This document shows, in pieces, positions 18,499 through 28,165 of a stretch of 64,000 nt of DNA (position 1 is the stretch's first letter; each line of letters opens with the position of its first letter). The notes under the pieces are model-generated. The model was not told where the DNA came from, made no database searches, and was given only the letters and a program-made list of their open reading frames with translations. The translations under genes and the position numbers were made by a program. The stretch is from the NCBI GenBank assembly GCA_038207785.1, contig JBBQZK010000001.1:9405-73404 (forward strand). The letters run 5' to 3'. The DNA comes from Candidatus Limnocylindria bacterium. Its GTDB lineage: Bacteria > Chloroflexota > Limnocylindria > P2-11E.

Positions 18499-19209
18499 TC
18501 AGGCAGTGACCACGAGGGAGAGCGAGCCCACCGCGCCGAGCGTGATCGTCCACCTTCCGACGGCGAGCGGCACGGGCGCGAAGACGGCCCCCGTCGCCAC
18601 GAGCGACGAGCGACCGGCGGCGGCGGTCGCCGCCAGGTCCAGCGCGCGGGCGATGGCGGCACGAACGTCGACCTGGCCGCGCGACACGACCTCGCCGTCG
18701 CGGGTCACCACCGCCTCCAGCGGATCCGCCGGCGGCGCGATCGGCCGTCCGAAGAGCATCGCCCCCTGCAATCCGAAATCGGCGACGGCGAGGGGCAGCG
18801 TGACGCTCCAGTCGCGGACCCGGCAATCAGCGATCTCGATGCACGGCAGCGCCATCGCGTGGCCGTCGGCCAAGAGGACGCCGACCTCGGTCTCGAACAG
18901 CGGCGCGATCAGTGAGCGCAGCGAGATCACCGAGTCGGCCGCGACGACGCTGGTGTCGAACACCGGGGCACTGAACGGCCGGTCGGTCCCGAACCGCCGT
19001 TGGATCGCCGGGTCGGTCGCGGCGATCTTCCAGCCGATCTGTTCCGCGCCGTCGCGGCGAAGCCGCTCGTACAGCAGTGCGGCGACCTGGCTGCCCTCCG
19101 CCGCCGACAGGCCCCCGATCGGCGGGAGCGGGTCGATGGGCTGCGCCGAGCGGCGCGCGGCCCAGAGGGCATCGGCGTGTGCCGCTACGGTGTCGCCGTC
19201 AGCGGTCAC
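18499..19209 (-). CDS. 2-keto-4-pentenoate hydratase / MhpD-HpaH-like hydratase-decarboxylase family protein
   Basis: Its architecture resembles E. coli MhpD (…SAAEGSQVAALLYERL… …ETEVGVLL… …CIEIADCRVRDWS…). Confidence 0.5.
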   Translation of the reverse strand: MTADGDTVAAHADALWAARRSAQPIDPLPPIGGLSAAEGSQVAALLYERLRRDGAEQIGWKIAATDPAIQRRFGTDRPFSAPVFDTSVVAADSVISLRSLIAPLFETEVGVLLADGHAMALPCIEIADCRVRDWSVTLPLAVADFGLQGAMLFGRPIAPPADPLEAVVTRDGEVVSRGQVDVRAAIARALDLAATAAAGRSSLVATGAVFAPVPLAVGRWTITLGAVGSLSLVVTA

Positions 19210-20120
19210 GGGAGATACGCCAGCAACCGGCGAGCGTTGTCGACGAAGAGCATCCGCAGCTCACGATCGGTCAGCCCGGCGTCGCGGAGGAGCGGCACGA
19301 AGCCGGTGAGCATGACGTCATAGCCCGCGCCAGCGTACGCGTGCAGGCGCGTCGTGAACGACACGTCGCACGAAAGGAACAGCTGGGCGCCGAACCCCCG
19401 TCGCACGAGGGTCGCGACGGTACGGGCGCGCTCCTCGTCGCTCTGCACGTCGGTCAGACCGACGTGATCGATACCGAGCGAGGCGCCGGTATCGAGCACC
19501 CGCAGCTGGAGATCGAGATCGCGCCGGTCGCCGAAGTGTCCGATGACGACGCGGCCCAGGTCGGCACCCTCCGAACGGAGCACGTCGACCTGCTGCAGCG
19601 CGAGCTCGCCGAACCAGGTATGGGTCAGGATCGGCGCCCCTGTAGCGGCCTGCGCCATCGCCGCCGCGCGGAACACCCGCTCCTCGGTCGGGCTCATCCC
19701 GTGCCGCCAGGTCCCGATCTCTCCGATCACCCCCGCGCGCACCCCACTGTCGCCGATGCCCTCGCGGAGCTCGCGCTGGAACACCAGGGCGAGCTCCGGG
19801 GCGGTCGAGGTCCGCACGCTGTCGGGGTAGTAGGGCTCGCGGTACAGCCCGGTGGCCGCGACGACCCGCACGCCCGACCGCTCCGCGGCGGTCCGCAGGC
19901 CGACGACATCGCGTCCGAGACCCTCGGGGGTCAGGTCCACGAGCGCGCCTCCCCCGGCCTCCCGGTAGCGGACGAGCTCGCTGGCCAGGACGTCGACGTC
20001 GGCGAGGACATGGACCAGGCCCCGCCAGGATCGATCGAACGCGCAGAGCAGGTGCTCGTGGGTCTGGGTATGACCCAAGGCTTCGCCATCGATCGGGCCG
20101 GCGACGGTCATGGCGCGCAC
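19206..20120 (-). CDS. phosphotriesterase-family (PTE/Php-like) TIM-barrel hydrolase
   Basis: It has ...GHTQTHEHLL... at the N-terminus and ...GVIGEIGT... and ...PILTHT.... It is ATGA-coupled. Confidence 0.75.
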   Translation of the reverse strand: MRAMTVAGPIDGEALGHTQTHEHLLCAFDRSWRGLVHVLADVDVLASELVRYREAGGGALVDLTPEGLGRDVVGLRTAAERSGVRVVAATGLYREPYYPDSVRTSTAPELALVFQRELREGIGDSGVRAGVIGEIGTWRHGMSPTEERVFRAAAMAQAATGAPILTHTWFGELALQQVDVLRSEGADLGRVVIGHFGDRRDLDLQLRVLDTGASLGIDHVGLTDVQSDEERARTVATLVRRGFGAQLFLSCDVSFTTRLHAYAGAGYDVMLTGFVPLLRDAGLTDRELRMLFVDNARRLLAYLP

Positions 20121-20123
20121 GCG

Positions 20124-21161
20124 CTAGAAGGCCAACGCTCCGTCCTTCACCACCGCGTGCCCGTCGAGCTCCAACGTCGCGTCGCGCATCGTCATGTCGA
20201 TGTGCGCCGGCGCCATCGCGCGTCCGCCGATGTGCACGTCCGCTCCCAACGCGAAGCTCACGCATCCGGTCGTGTGCGTGTCCTCGCATGGCGCGGCGAC
20301 ACCGCTGAGCCGGCAGCGTGGATTCGTCCCGAATGCCAGCTCGGTCACGTGATAGATCTCGCGGTCGCCGTGGCGCGCCAGCCAGCGGCCGAGCTTCCCT
20401 GCTTCGAGATCGCCCTCCACCTTCGTGACGTACCCGTCTTCGACGATGAAGCGGACGGGCTCGCCGAGCTGCTTGAAGTCGTTCGCCGCGATCGACCTGT
20501 CGATCACGATGATGCCGTTCGCGGTGCCGTCGTTCGGGACCCGGCTCACCTGGCCACCGGGCAGCGACTGCCGCGCACCCTTGGCCACGACCCCGTTGTG
20601 GGTCTTGCCGGTGTAGTCACCGAGCTCGAGGGTGAGGTCGGTGCCCGCCGGCGACGTCACGCGTACCTTCTTTGCGTTGGCTATGAGCGATCCGCCCTGA
20701 TCGGTGCGCGCGCGCAGCGCCTCGACCTCCTCGAGCGAACCCGGAAGCAGGCGCATCGCGGATTCGGTCGTGAGGTAGCTCAATGACACCACTCGCGTGC
20801 CGCCCGCCAGGATCTCCTTGAACGCGGGCGCGAACATCAGGAAGTCCAGATCCGACGTGGCGAACGCGATGACCGGGCAGCTCGCGAGCGCGCCAGCGAG
20901 ACCGGCGGGGATGCGTACACCGCCCGGCGGCAGGGAGGCTCCGGCGAACAAGCCGAACTCGGCCATCGGCCGATACGCAAGCGGCTGGTAGGTGAAGACG
21001 TACGGGCGGATGCCCGAGGTGATCGCCGCACAGCGCAGCGCCTCGACGAGGTCGGCGGTCACGGTCTCATCCCACACGATGAGGACCTCGTCGCCACGAC
21101 GCAGGGTCAGCGCGCCTTCGAGGACCGCCGCGGCCTGGGCGACGAGCTGGCTGGCCGACAT
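20124..21161 (-). CDS. M29-like aminopeptidase / NicX-like protein
   Basis: It has ...LRRGDEVLIVWDETVTADLVEALRCAAITSG... The ATG at 21161 has a GGGGGAG RBS. Confidence 0.4.
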   Translation of the reverse strand: MSASQLVAQAAAVLEGALTLRRGDEVLIVWDETVTADLVEALRCAAITSGIRPYVFTYQPLAYRPMAEFGLFAGASLPPGGVRIPAGLAGALASCPVIAFATSDLDFLMFAPAFKEILAGGTRVVSLSYLTTESAMRLLPGSLEEVEALRARTDQGGSLIANAKKVRVTSPAGTDLTLELGDYTGKTHNGVVAKGARQSLPGGQVSRVPNDGTANGIIVIDRSIAANDFKQLGEPVRFIVEDGYVTKVEGDLEAGKLGRWLARHGDREIYHVTELAFGTNPRCRLSGVAAPCEDTHTTGCVSFALGADVHIGGRAMAPAHIDMTMRDATLELDGHAVVKDGALAF

Positions 21162-21185
21162 CACAACTCCCCCGCCAAATATGAC

Positions 21186-21199
21186 ATGTTACGTTACAC
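21186..21199. promoter_or_regulatory. operator variant ATGTTACGTTACAC in a divergent intergenic region
   Basis: The TGTTACGTTACA core matches TGTnACGTnACA. It is flanked by TGACAT and GTGTCAC. Confidence 0.55.
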
Positions 21200-21204
21200 G
21201 TTAG

Positions 21205-21948
21205 GTGTCACTCCGCGAAGTGTTCATCGAGCGCATGACCTGGCCCGACATCGAGGCGGCGCTCGCCGCCGGCGCGCGTACCGCCGTCATCGCCGCCGGC
21301 GCGACCGAGCAGCATGGCCGGCACCTCCCGGAGGGGTCGGATGCCTTCATGGGCGAGGCCGTCGCCGAGCGGGTCGCGCGCGAGCTCGGCGACGCGTTGG
21401 TCGCGCCGGTCATCCGGCCGGGGTGCTCGGATCACCCTCTCGACTTCCCTGGAACGATCTCGATCCCGGCCGACACCCTCATCGACATCCTCGACGCATA
21501 CGTCACGTCGCTCCGTCGCAACGGCTTCGAGCGGTTCGTCGTGTTCTCGACGCACGGTGGGAACTTCCCGGTCCTCGAGCGGTGGCAAGGGTCCCGAAGT
21601 GCGCCGGGGCTCATCGTCATCCCCGATCGGCGCGGTCACGTCCGACCGGTCTACCAGTTCGCGGTGGCCTCCGGAACGGAGCAGCCCGGGGTGCTGCACC
21701 ACTCCGACGCCTTCGAGACGTCGCAGATCCTCGCCTTGCATCCCTCGCTCGTCCACCTGGACCGCGCGGAGCGCGGATATGTGGGTCCCCTGACCGCGGA
21801 CGAGCTGTTCGCCAGAGGCACCCGCATCGTCAGCCCGAACGGCGTGCTCGGGGATCCGGCGGGGGCGACGGCCGAGATCGGTGAGGTCATGTTGCGGTCG
21901 GTGACCGACTACATCGTGGGCAAGGTGCGGGCAGCGACACCGGCGTGA
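21205..21948 (+). CDS. creatininase-family amidohydrolase (creatinine amidohydrolase/MftE-like)
   Basis: It has ...AAGATEQHGRHLPEGSD... and ...FSTHGGN... motifs. It uses a GTG start. Confidence 0.75.
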   Translation: MSLREVFIERMTWPDIEAALAAGARTAVIAAGATEQHGRHLPEGSDAFMGEAVAERVARELGDALVAPVIRPGCSDHPLDFPGTISIPADTLIDILDAYVTSLRRNGFERFVVFSTHGGNFPVLERWQGSRSAPGLIVIPDRRGHVRPVYQFAVASGTEQPGVLHHSDAFETSQILALHPSLVHLDRAERGYVGPLTADELFARGTRIVSPNGVLGDPAGATAEIGEVMLRSVTDYIVGKVRAATPA

Positions 21949-21970
21949 GCGTCGTTCGACCGCGATCCCT

Positions 21971-22897
21971 GTGATACGCGTGCAGACCGTGCTGGGACCG
22001 GTGGAGCCGGCTTCGGTCGGTCAGGCCTCGATGCACGAGCACATCAAATGCGATTTCTGGAAATACCACCTCGAGCTCAGCTACGACGGCATCCTCGACG
22101 ACGAGGATCTCCTCGAGGCCGAGCTTCGATCGTTCCGCGGGACCGGTGGCCGGACGATCGTCGACGCGACGACGATCGGGATCGGGCGGGACCCGCTCGG
22201 TCTGGCACGGCTGGCGCGCGCCGCCGACGTCCAGATCGTCATGGGCGCGGGCTGGTATCGCGAGCGCGTCTACTCGCCGGAAGTAGTCGAGCGCACGAGC
22301 AACGAGCTTGCCGATGTGCTCATCCGTGAGTTCTCCGACGGCGTGGGCACGACCGGGGTGCGTCCGGGGATCATCGGCGAGATCGGGACCGAACGGTCAC
22401 TGGTCACGGCGGCGCAGGAGCGGGTCTTCCGCGCGGCCGCCCGCGCCCAGCGCGAGATCGGCGCGTCGATCACCACGCACACCACCTACTTCGGCGGCCT
22501 CGCCCTGGAGCAGGTCGCCATGCTCCGGCGGGAGGGCGTGCCGCCGGAACGCATCGTGATCGGACATCTGGCCGAGCAGCGATCGATCGTTGACGTGCTC
22601 GAGGTCGCGCGCACCGGGGTCTTCATCGAAGTCGACCACGTGGGCGCGCTCCAGGTCCAGTTCCAGCCGGAAGGTCAGCGGGTCCAGAATGTGGTCGCGC
22701 TCGTGCGCGCCGGCCACCTCGATCAGCTGCTCCTCTCGATGGACATCTGCAAACGGTCGCAGCTCGAGGCCTATGGTGGCAACGGCTACGGCTACCTGTT
22801 CCGCGTGTTCGTCCCACTGCTCCGCGAGGCGGGGCTGACCGAACGGGAGGTCACGACGATCCTGGTCGACAACCCGCGCCGCGTCCTCGCGTTCTGA
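21971..22897 (+). CDS. phosphotriesterase-family hydrolase (second paralogue)
   Basis: It has ...QASMHEHIKCDF... and ...GIIGEIGTERS... and ...SITTHTT.... It is a paralogue of the gene at 19206-20120. Confidence 0.75.
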   Translation: MIRVQTVLGPVEPASVGQASMHEHIKCDFWKYHLELSYDGILDDEDLLEAELRSFRGTGGRTIVDATTIGIGRDPLGLARLARAADVQIVMGAGWYRERVYSPEVVERTSNELADVLIREFSDGVGTTGVRPGIIGEIGTERSLVTAAQERVFRAAARAQREIGASITTHTTYFGGLALEQVAMLRREGVPPERIVIGHLAEQRSIVDVLEVARTGVFIEVDHVGALQVQFQPEGQRVQNVVALVRAGHLDQLLLSMDICKRSQLEAYGGNGYGYLFRVFVPLLREAGLTEREVTTILVDNPRRVLAF

Positions 22898-23817
22898 TGT
22901 CCGCCCCGCGCCCGAGGCCGGCCGGGGGCGCTCCGGGCATCGTCGCGATCGCGGGCGCGGGCCGGATGGGCGCGCAGATCGGCGCGGAGTACGCGCTCGC
23001 CGGCCACCCGACGATCTTGATCACCCGCGCGGGCGCCACCGCCGACCGTGCGCTCGAGGGGGCGACGGCCGCGATCCGGCTCCTCGCGGAGGAAGGCCTT
23101 GCGAGCGAGAACGATGCGCGAGCGGCCGTCCGCCGTCTGGGGATGGCGACCGACCTGCCGGGCGCGTGCCGCGGGGCGGACATCGTCGTCGAATCGGTCG
23201 CCGAGGACTTCGAGACGAAGGTCAGGGTACTCACGGCCGCGGGCGACGCGGCGCCCGACGCGATCCTCGCGACGAACACCTCGTCGCTCTCGATCGGGGC
23301 GCTCGGCGACGCGGCCGGCGTGGCTGACCGGCTCATCGGGACGCACTACTGGAATCCACCGACGCTCATGCCGCTCGTCGAGGTCGTCACCGGACCGAAT
23401 ACCGCCCCGATCGTGCGAGACCGGATGCTCGAGACGCTCCGGCGGCTCGGCAAGGATCCGGTCGTCGTCGGCGACGTGCCGGGCTTCGTCTGGAACCGTC
23501 TGCAGTTCGCGTTGCTCCGCGAGGCGGCGGCGCTCGTGGCTGCGGGCGTGGTCAGCGCGCCGGACCTCGATCGCATCGTCGCTCGCGGCCTCGCGCGGCG
23601 CTGGAGCCTCGTCGGACCGTTCGACACCATGGCCCTCGGCGGGCGGGAGACCTTCCTCGCGATCGCCCGCGGGCTGTTCCGCGAGCTCAGCGCAGGGACA
23701 TCGGTGGACGACCTGGCGGCGCTGCCGGAGACGGGACCACGCCGGCTCGCCGGGCTGGCGCAGGAGCGCGACCGAGGGTTGGCCGAGCTGCGGCGGCGCG
23801 ATGGCGCCGCGGAGTGA
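22897..23817 (+). CDS. 3-hydroxyacyl-CoA dehydrogenase family protein (NAD-binding)
   Basis: It has the ...IVAIAGAGRMGAQIG... Rossmann fold and ...NTSSLSI... and ...HYWNPP.... It is TGATG-coupled. Confidence 0.8.
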   Translation: MSAPRPRPAGGAPGIVAIAGAGRMGAQIGAEYALAGHPTILITRAGATADRALEGATAAIRLLAEEGLASENDARAAVRRLGMATDLPGACRGADIVVESVAEDFETKVRVLTAAGDAAPDAILATNTSSLSIGALGDAAGVADRLIGTHYWNPPTLMPLVEVVTGPNTAPIVRDRMLETLRRLGKDPVVVGDVPGFVWNRLQFALLREAAALVAAGVVSAPDLDRIVARGLARRWSLVGPFDTMALGGRETFLAIARGLFRELSAGTSVDDLAALPETGPRRLAGLAQERDRGLAELRRRDGAAE

Positions 23818-24845
23818 CGGTCGTCCCGGATCCGGCCCGCCTACGGATCCTCGCACCCGGCATCGCCCTCGCGCTCGCGCTGACCGCCGCGGCTGTCGCT
23901 CTCGGCGTTGTCGAAACGCGCGCGTTCGGCCACGATCTCATCGAGCCGCTCGTGCTCGCGCTCCTGCTCGGCGTCGTCGCGCGCAACGTGCTTCCGCGCC
24001 CCGAACGGTTCGTCGCGGGCGCGAATCTCGCGTCCAAGCAGGTGCTCGAGGTCGGCGTCGGGCTCCTTGGCGCGAGCGTCGATCTGCGCCAGATCCTGGC
24101 CACCGGACCGGCCCTCGTCTCGCTCGTCGTCATTGCGGTGGCGGTCGGCATGTCGGGAAGCTACGTCCTTGGTCGGATGCTGGGGCTCTCGGCGATCCTT
24201 GCCGCGCTCGTCGCGGTCGGCAATGCCATCTGCGGGAACTCGGCGATCGCCGCGGTCGCGCCCGTCCTGCGGGCGGAAAAGAAGGACGTGGCCAGCGCCA
24301 TCGGACTGACCGCGGTCCTGGGCGTCTGCCTCGTGCTGCTGCTGCCGGCCCTCATTCCGGTCTTCCTCCTGAGCAACTACCAGTACGGCATCCTCGCGGG
24401 CATGAGCGTGTACGCGGTGCCGCAGGTCATCGCGGCGGCATTCCCCGTCAGCCAGCTGTCGGGCGAGGTCGCGACCCTGGTCAAGCTGACCCGGGTCTTG
24501 CTCCTCGGTCCGACCGTGCTGATCGTGGCGTTGCTCGCGGCGCGCCGCGGCGGGCCGGTCGGTGTGCGGCGGAGCTGGTCCACCTACCTTCCCTGGTTCG
24601 TGCTCGCGTTCCTGATCCTCGCCGCGCTCCGCAGCACGGGCGTCCTCGGCGAGGCCGTTGCCACACCCGCGCGCGAGGCGAGCCGGTGGCTCACCACGAT
24701 CGCGATGGCCGGGCTCGGCTTCGGGGTGGAGCTGGCCGCGGTGAAGCGCGTCGGTCCTCGCGTCGGCGTCGCGATCGTGCTCTCGCTCGCGCTCATGGCG
24801 GGCCTCACCCTCGTCCTGCTGCGCCTGCTCGCGATCGCCGGCTGA
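23814..24845 (+). CDS. YeiH/UPF0324-family membrane protein (putative sulfate exporter family)
   Basis: It is a polytopic membrane protein. The GTG start overlaps the upstream stop (GTGA). Confidence 0.6.
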   Translation: MTVVPDPARLRILAPGIALALALTAAAVALGVVETRAFGHDLIEPLVLALLLGVVARNVLPRPERFVAGANLASKQVLEVGVGLLGASVDLRQILATGPALVSLVVIAVAVGMSGSYVLGRMLGLSAILAALVAVGNAICGNSAIAAVAPVLRAEKKDVASAIGLTAVLGVCLVLLLPALIPVFLLSNYQYGILAGMSVYAVPQVIAAAFPVSQLSGEVATLVKLTRVLLLGPTVLIVALLAARRGGPVGVRRSWSTYLPWFVLAFLILAALRSTGVLGEAVATPAREASRWLTTIAMAGLGFGVELAAVKRVGPRVGVAIVLSLALMAGLTLVLLRLLAIAG

Positions 24846-24910
24846 TCGCGGTCCGGACCGTCACCAGCCAGTTGACCCGCACCGCCATCGAGCGCATGCT
24901 TGCCGCATAC

Positions 24911-24924
24911 ATGTCACGTGAAAT
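24911..24924. promoter_or_regulatory. operator ATGTCACGTGAAAT, with a TTGACC-N17-CATGCT promoter at 24872-24900, upstream of the DJ-1 pair
   Basis: It matches the cassette architecture, here on the plus strand. Confidence 0.6.
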
Positions 24925-24953
24925 GCTTATCGTCCGCTCGGTTGTCGCTTCGG

Positions 24954-25571
24954 GTGACTGACCGCCGGCGGGTCGGCATCGTGCTGTTCGAGGATGTCGA
25001 GGACATCGATTATGTCGGGCCCCTCACCGTCTTCGGGATGGCCTCGCAGCTGTTCCCGGACGAGCTGGAGACCGTGACGGTGAGCGCCACCGGAGCGGCG
25101 GTCCGGACGTCGATGGGCGTCTCGGTGCTGCCGCACGCGAGCTTCGCGTCCGCGGGACGGATCGACATCCTGGTCGTGGCCGGCGGGACCGGACATCGCG
25201 CAGCGATGCTCGATCGCGAGCTGACCGACTGGATCGCCGAGCGCGCGCGGGATGCCGAGATCGTCTCGTCGGTCTGCTCGGGAGCGTTCATCCTCGCGGC
25301 CGCCGGCGTGCTGCGCGATCAGCCCGCGACCGCCGCCTGGATGGCCCTCGACCGGCTGCGCGCGACGTTCCCGAGCCTGGACGTCCGCTCGGACGTGCGG
25401 TGGGTCGACGAAGGCGGCGTGGTCACGAGCGCCGGGGCGTCCGCGGGCATCGACATGAGCCTCCATCTCGTGGACCGGCTGCTCGGCCCGGCCGCGGCCG
25501 CGCGGGTCGTGAAACACATGTCGTATACCGGCTGGCCGGTGCGTGAAGGGGTGCCGGGTGCGATCGGATAG
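24954..25571 (+). CDS. DJ-1/PfpI-family protein (glutamine amidotransferase-like class 1)
   Basis: It has ...RRVGIVLFEDVEDIDYVGP... and the nucleophile elbow ...SVCSGAFILAAAGVL.... The GTG start is at 24954; the ORF-track TTG at 24900 would include the operator. Confidence 0.7.
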   Translation: MTDRRRVGIVLFEDVEDIDYVGPLTVFGMASQLFPDELETVTVSATGAAVRTSMGVSVLPHASFASAGRIDILVVAGGTGHRAAMLDRELTDWIAERARDAEIVSSVCSGAFILAAAGVLRDQPATAAWMALDRLRATFPSLDVRSDVRWVDEGGVVTSAGASAGIDMSLHLVDRLLGPAAAARVVKHMSYTGWPVREGVPGAIG

Positions 25572-26187
25572 CGATCCGCGTCGGGTCGGCGTGCTCGTCT
25601 ACCCGGACGTCGAGGACCTCGACTTCGTCGGACCGCTCGAGGTCTTCGGCATGGCCGCGCGGCTGCGCACGGGCGCGCTCGAGGTGCTCACCGTCGCCGA
25701 GACCACCGCGCCGGTGCGCACGTCGTTCGGGCTGTTGGTCACCCCCCACTGCAGCTTCGCGACTGCGCCGCCGATCGACATCCTCGTCGTGCCGGGCGGC
25801 GGTGGCGCCTGGGCGAGCCTCGAGAACCGCACCTTGCTGGACTGGATCGCGCGGAGCGCGGCGGGGGCCGAGATCACGACCTCGGTGTGTTCGGGGGCGA
25901 TGCTGCTCGCGGTGGCGGGCGTCCTTCGTCACCAGCCCGCGACGACGCACTGGAACGCGATGAGCCGGATGCGCGAACGGTTCCCCGATCTCGAGCTGCG
26001 GGAGGGCGTGCGCTGGGTGGACGAGGGCGGCGTGATCACGAGCGCCGGCGTCTCGGCGGGGATCGATATGGCTTTGCACGTCGTCGAGCGGCTCTTCGGA
26101 CCCGAGACCGCGGACCTCACCGCGCACTGGCTGCAGTACGAGCCCTGGCGCGCCGCCCGGCTGGCGGCGGCCTCGGCCGCCGGATGA
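25558..26187 (+). CDS. DJ-1/PfpI-family protein (tandem paralogue)
   Basis: It is roughly 55% identical to the upstream gene (…SVCSGAMLLAVAGVL…). An alternative GTG lies at 25543. It overlaps the upstream gene. Confidence 0.7.
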   Translation: MRSDSDPRRVGVLVYPDVEDLDFVGPLEVFGMAARLRTGALEVLTVAETTAPVRTSFGLLVTPHCSFATAPPIDILVVPGGGGAWASLENRTLLDWIARSAAGAEITTSVCSGAMLLAVAGVLRHQPATTHWNAMSRMRERFPDLELREGVRWVDEGGVITSAGVSAGIDMALHVVERLFGPETADLTAHWLQYEPWRAARLAAASAAG

Positions 26188-26206
26188 ACGGGCCCGATCG
26201 GGCGGA

Positions 26207-28165
26207 CTAGCCCGGGCCGAACCCGTCGACCGGCGCGATCCGCCGTTGTCCCCGCGGACTCGTTTCCAGCACTTCGAGGATCGTGCCATCCGGTCCGAGG
26301 CGGTAGTCCTGCTCAGTGAGCTCGCTTACCCGATCGATCGCGACGCGCCAGGCCGTGCCTGCGGCCTCGCCAGCGGGCGGGCGGCTCGCCACAACGCTGA
26401 CACTGCGCGGCTCGCCACGCTCCAGCGTCAGCCCCTGCCGCGAAGCCTCGCCGGAGCTCGCCGCGACGGCCGCGGCGAGCGCGGTGACCGACACCCGTTC
26501 GGTGGCGATGACCTTCCCGGGCAAGGTGATCGTTGACTGGAATCCGTCGATGGCCTGGACCTCGACGATCGTGTCGCCACCCTCGGCGGACCGCACCTCG
26601 ATCGTGTCCTCGCCCAGCGGCGACACCATGCGCTGCGTGCCGCGGACGATGGTCCCGTCCGCCTTCAGATCGAGGCTGGTGGTCCGCACCATTCGCCCGC
26701 CCTGGCCCTGCTCGCTCGCGGTCCGCTCCTCGACGCGCAGCTCGCCCCGAGACGTACGGCTCCGGCGGAAGCTCGTCTCGGCGACCACCGCGCCGGCGAC
26801 CTCATCGCGCAGCCGCCCGGCCCGCAGGGCCGTAGCGTCGTCCGAGGGTGGATCGAGCTCCGTCTCGAACACGGGCGGCCGCTCAACAGCTCGCGCGCGG
26901 TCGGCCAGTCGCGCCTCGAGCGCATCGCGCGCGAAGTCGTAGCCGTTCACGAAGACGTGAGCGATCTCGCGGAGCGCGGCGACGTCGTCGACCGGATTGC
27001 CCGGGAGGAGCAGGAGATCCGCCCGCTTCCCCACCTCGACCGTCCCCCAGTCCGCCGTCTCGTTCACGAACCGCGCGGCTTCGACGGTCCCGCAACGCAG
27101 GGCCTCATAGCTCGAGAGGCCGGCCGCCCGCAGGTTTGCGAGCTCGCGGTGGATCGAGAAGCCCGGGATCACGTAGGGGTTCGGCGTGTCGGTGCCAAGG
27201 AGCAACGGGGCGCCTTCGCTATGCAGCACGCCGACGATGCGCCGGTAGACCTCGCTCAGCCGCGCGAGCGTGTCGTAGTAGTCGTCGTCGAAGGTCTGGC
27301 CGCGGAACCGGAAGTCCTGCGAGGGGTCCCAGGCCGCACGCGTGGCGGGGCTCATGTAGCGCAGGTACGGATCGAGCCTCGCCTGCGCCGGCCGTTGGGT
27401 GGTCTGCTGCCAGACGACACCGGTCGGGCAATTCCAGATCTGCTGCTCGTGCATCAGCACGGCGAGCCGCCGGATCGAATCCCAGTCGAGGTGCTCGATC
27501 GCGAGCTTCGCCAGGGCCAGGCGGTTGGCGCGGTCGCTCGGATCGGGCATCGTTACGCCCGCCTCCAAGTGATCGCGGCGAATGCCCGTGAGGTGCTCAA
27601 AGCAGGTGTGGCCGTTCGCGATCGCCTGCTCGTAGCTGATCGAGTCCGGGCAATGCCCGGTGATCATGACCCCGTGGGTCTTGGCCGCGACGCAGAGCGC
27701 GGCGTGGGACTCCGGGCTCAGCCACGAATACACTTTGATCTGCGGGTACCCGCGCTCCGCCCAGGCGCGCACGAGCGGCTCGGCCTGTTCGGGACGGGCG
27801 ACCATCGCCGAGGTGGACCAGATCGTGCGCCCGCTTTTGCCAGGGCCGTCGACGATCGGACTCGTCGTGATCAAATGGGGACCGGGGAGCAGGCCGTTAC
27901 GGATCTGTCGCTGGAGGGCCAGGTGCATCGGCGCGCCCCACATGTTGCGAACGGTCGTGACGCCGTTGGCGAGGTAGAGCCGGTACTCGTCCAGGTCCCA
28001 CCAGTGCACGTGCATGTCGGCGAGGCCGGGCATCAGGTACCGTCCGCGGCCCTCCACCACACGGGCGCCGGGTGGCACGACGCAGGTCGCCGCCGGACCG
28101 ATCGATCGGATCCGGCCGGCTTCGATGACGACGGTCTGATCGGGGATCACTGCGTCGCGGTCCAT
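26207..28165 (-). CDS. amidohydrolase-superfamily protein with a C-terminal extension of roughly 180 aa
   Basis: It has ...LMPGLADMHVHWWD... and ...GTDTPNP... and ...GKRADLLLLPGNP.... The ATG at 28165 follows the cupin gene stop; the ORF-track start at 28624 overlaps the cupin gene. Confidence 0.6.
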   Translation of the reverse strand: MDRDAVIPDQTVVIEAGRIRSIGPAATCVVPPGARVVEGRGRYLMPGLADMHVHWWDLDEYRLYLANGVTTVRNMWGAPMHLALQRQIRNGLLPGPHLITTSPIVDGPGKSGRTIWSTSAMVARPEQAEPLVRAWAERGYPQIKVYSWLSPESHAALCVAAKTHGVMITGHCPDSISYEQAIANGHTCFEHLTGIRRDHLEAGVTMPDPSDRANRLALAKLAIEHLDWDSIRRLAVLMHEQQIWNCPTGVVWQQTTQRPAQARLDPYLRYMSPATRAAWDPSQDFRFRGQTFDDDYYDTLARLSEVYRRIVGVLHSEGAPLLLGTDTPNPYVIPGFSIHRELANLRAAGLSSYEALRCGTVEAARFVNETADWGTVEVGKRADLLLLPGNPVDDVAALREIAHVFVNGYDFARDALEARLADRARAVERPPVFETELDPPSDDATALRAGRLRDEVAGAVVAETSFRRSRTSRGELRVEERTASEQGQGGRMVRTTSLDLKADGTIVRGTQRMVSPLGEDTIEVRSAEGGDTIVEVQAIDGFQSTITLPGKVIATERVSVTALAAAVAASSGEASRQGLTLERGEPRSVSVVASRPPAGEAAGTAWRVAIDRVSELTEQDYRLGPDGTILEVLETSPRGQRRIAPVDGFGPG

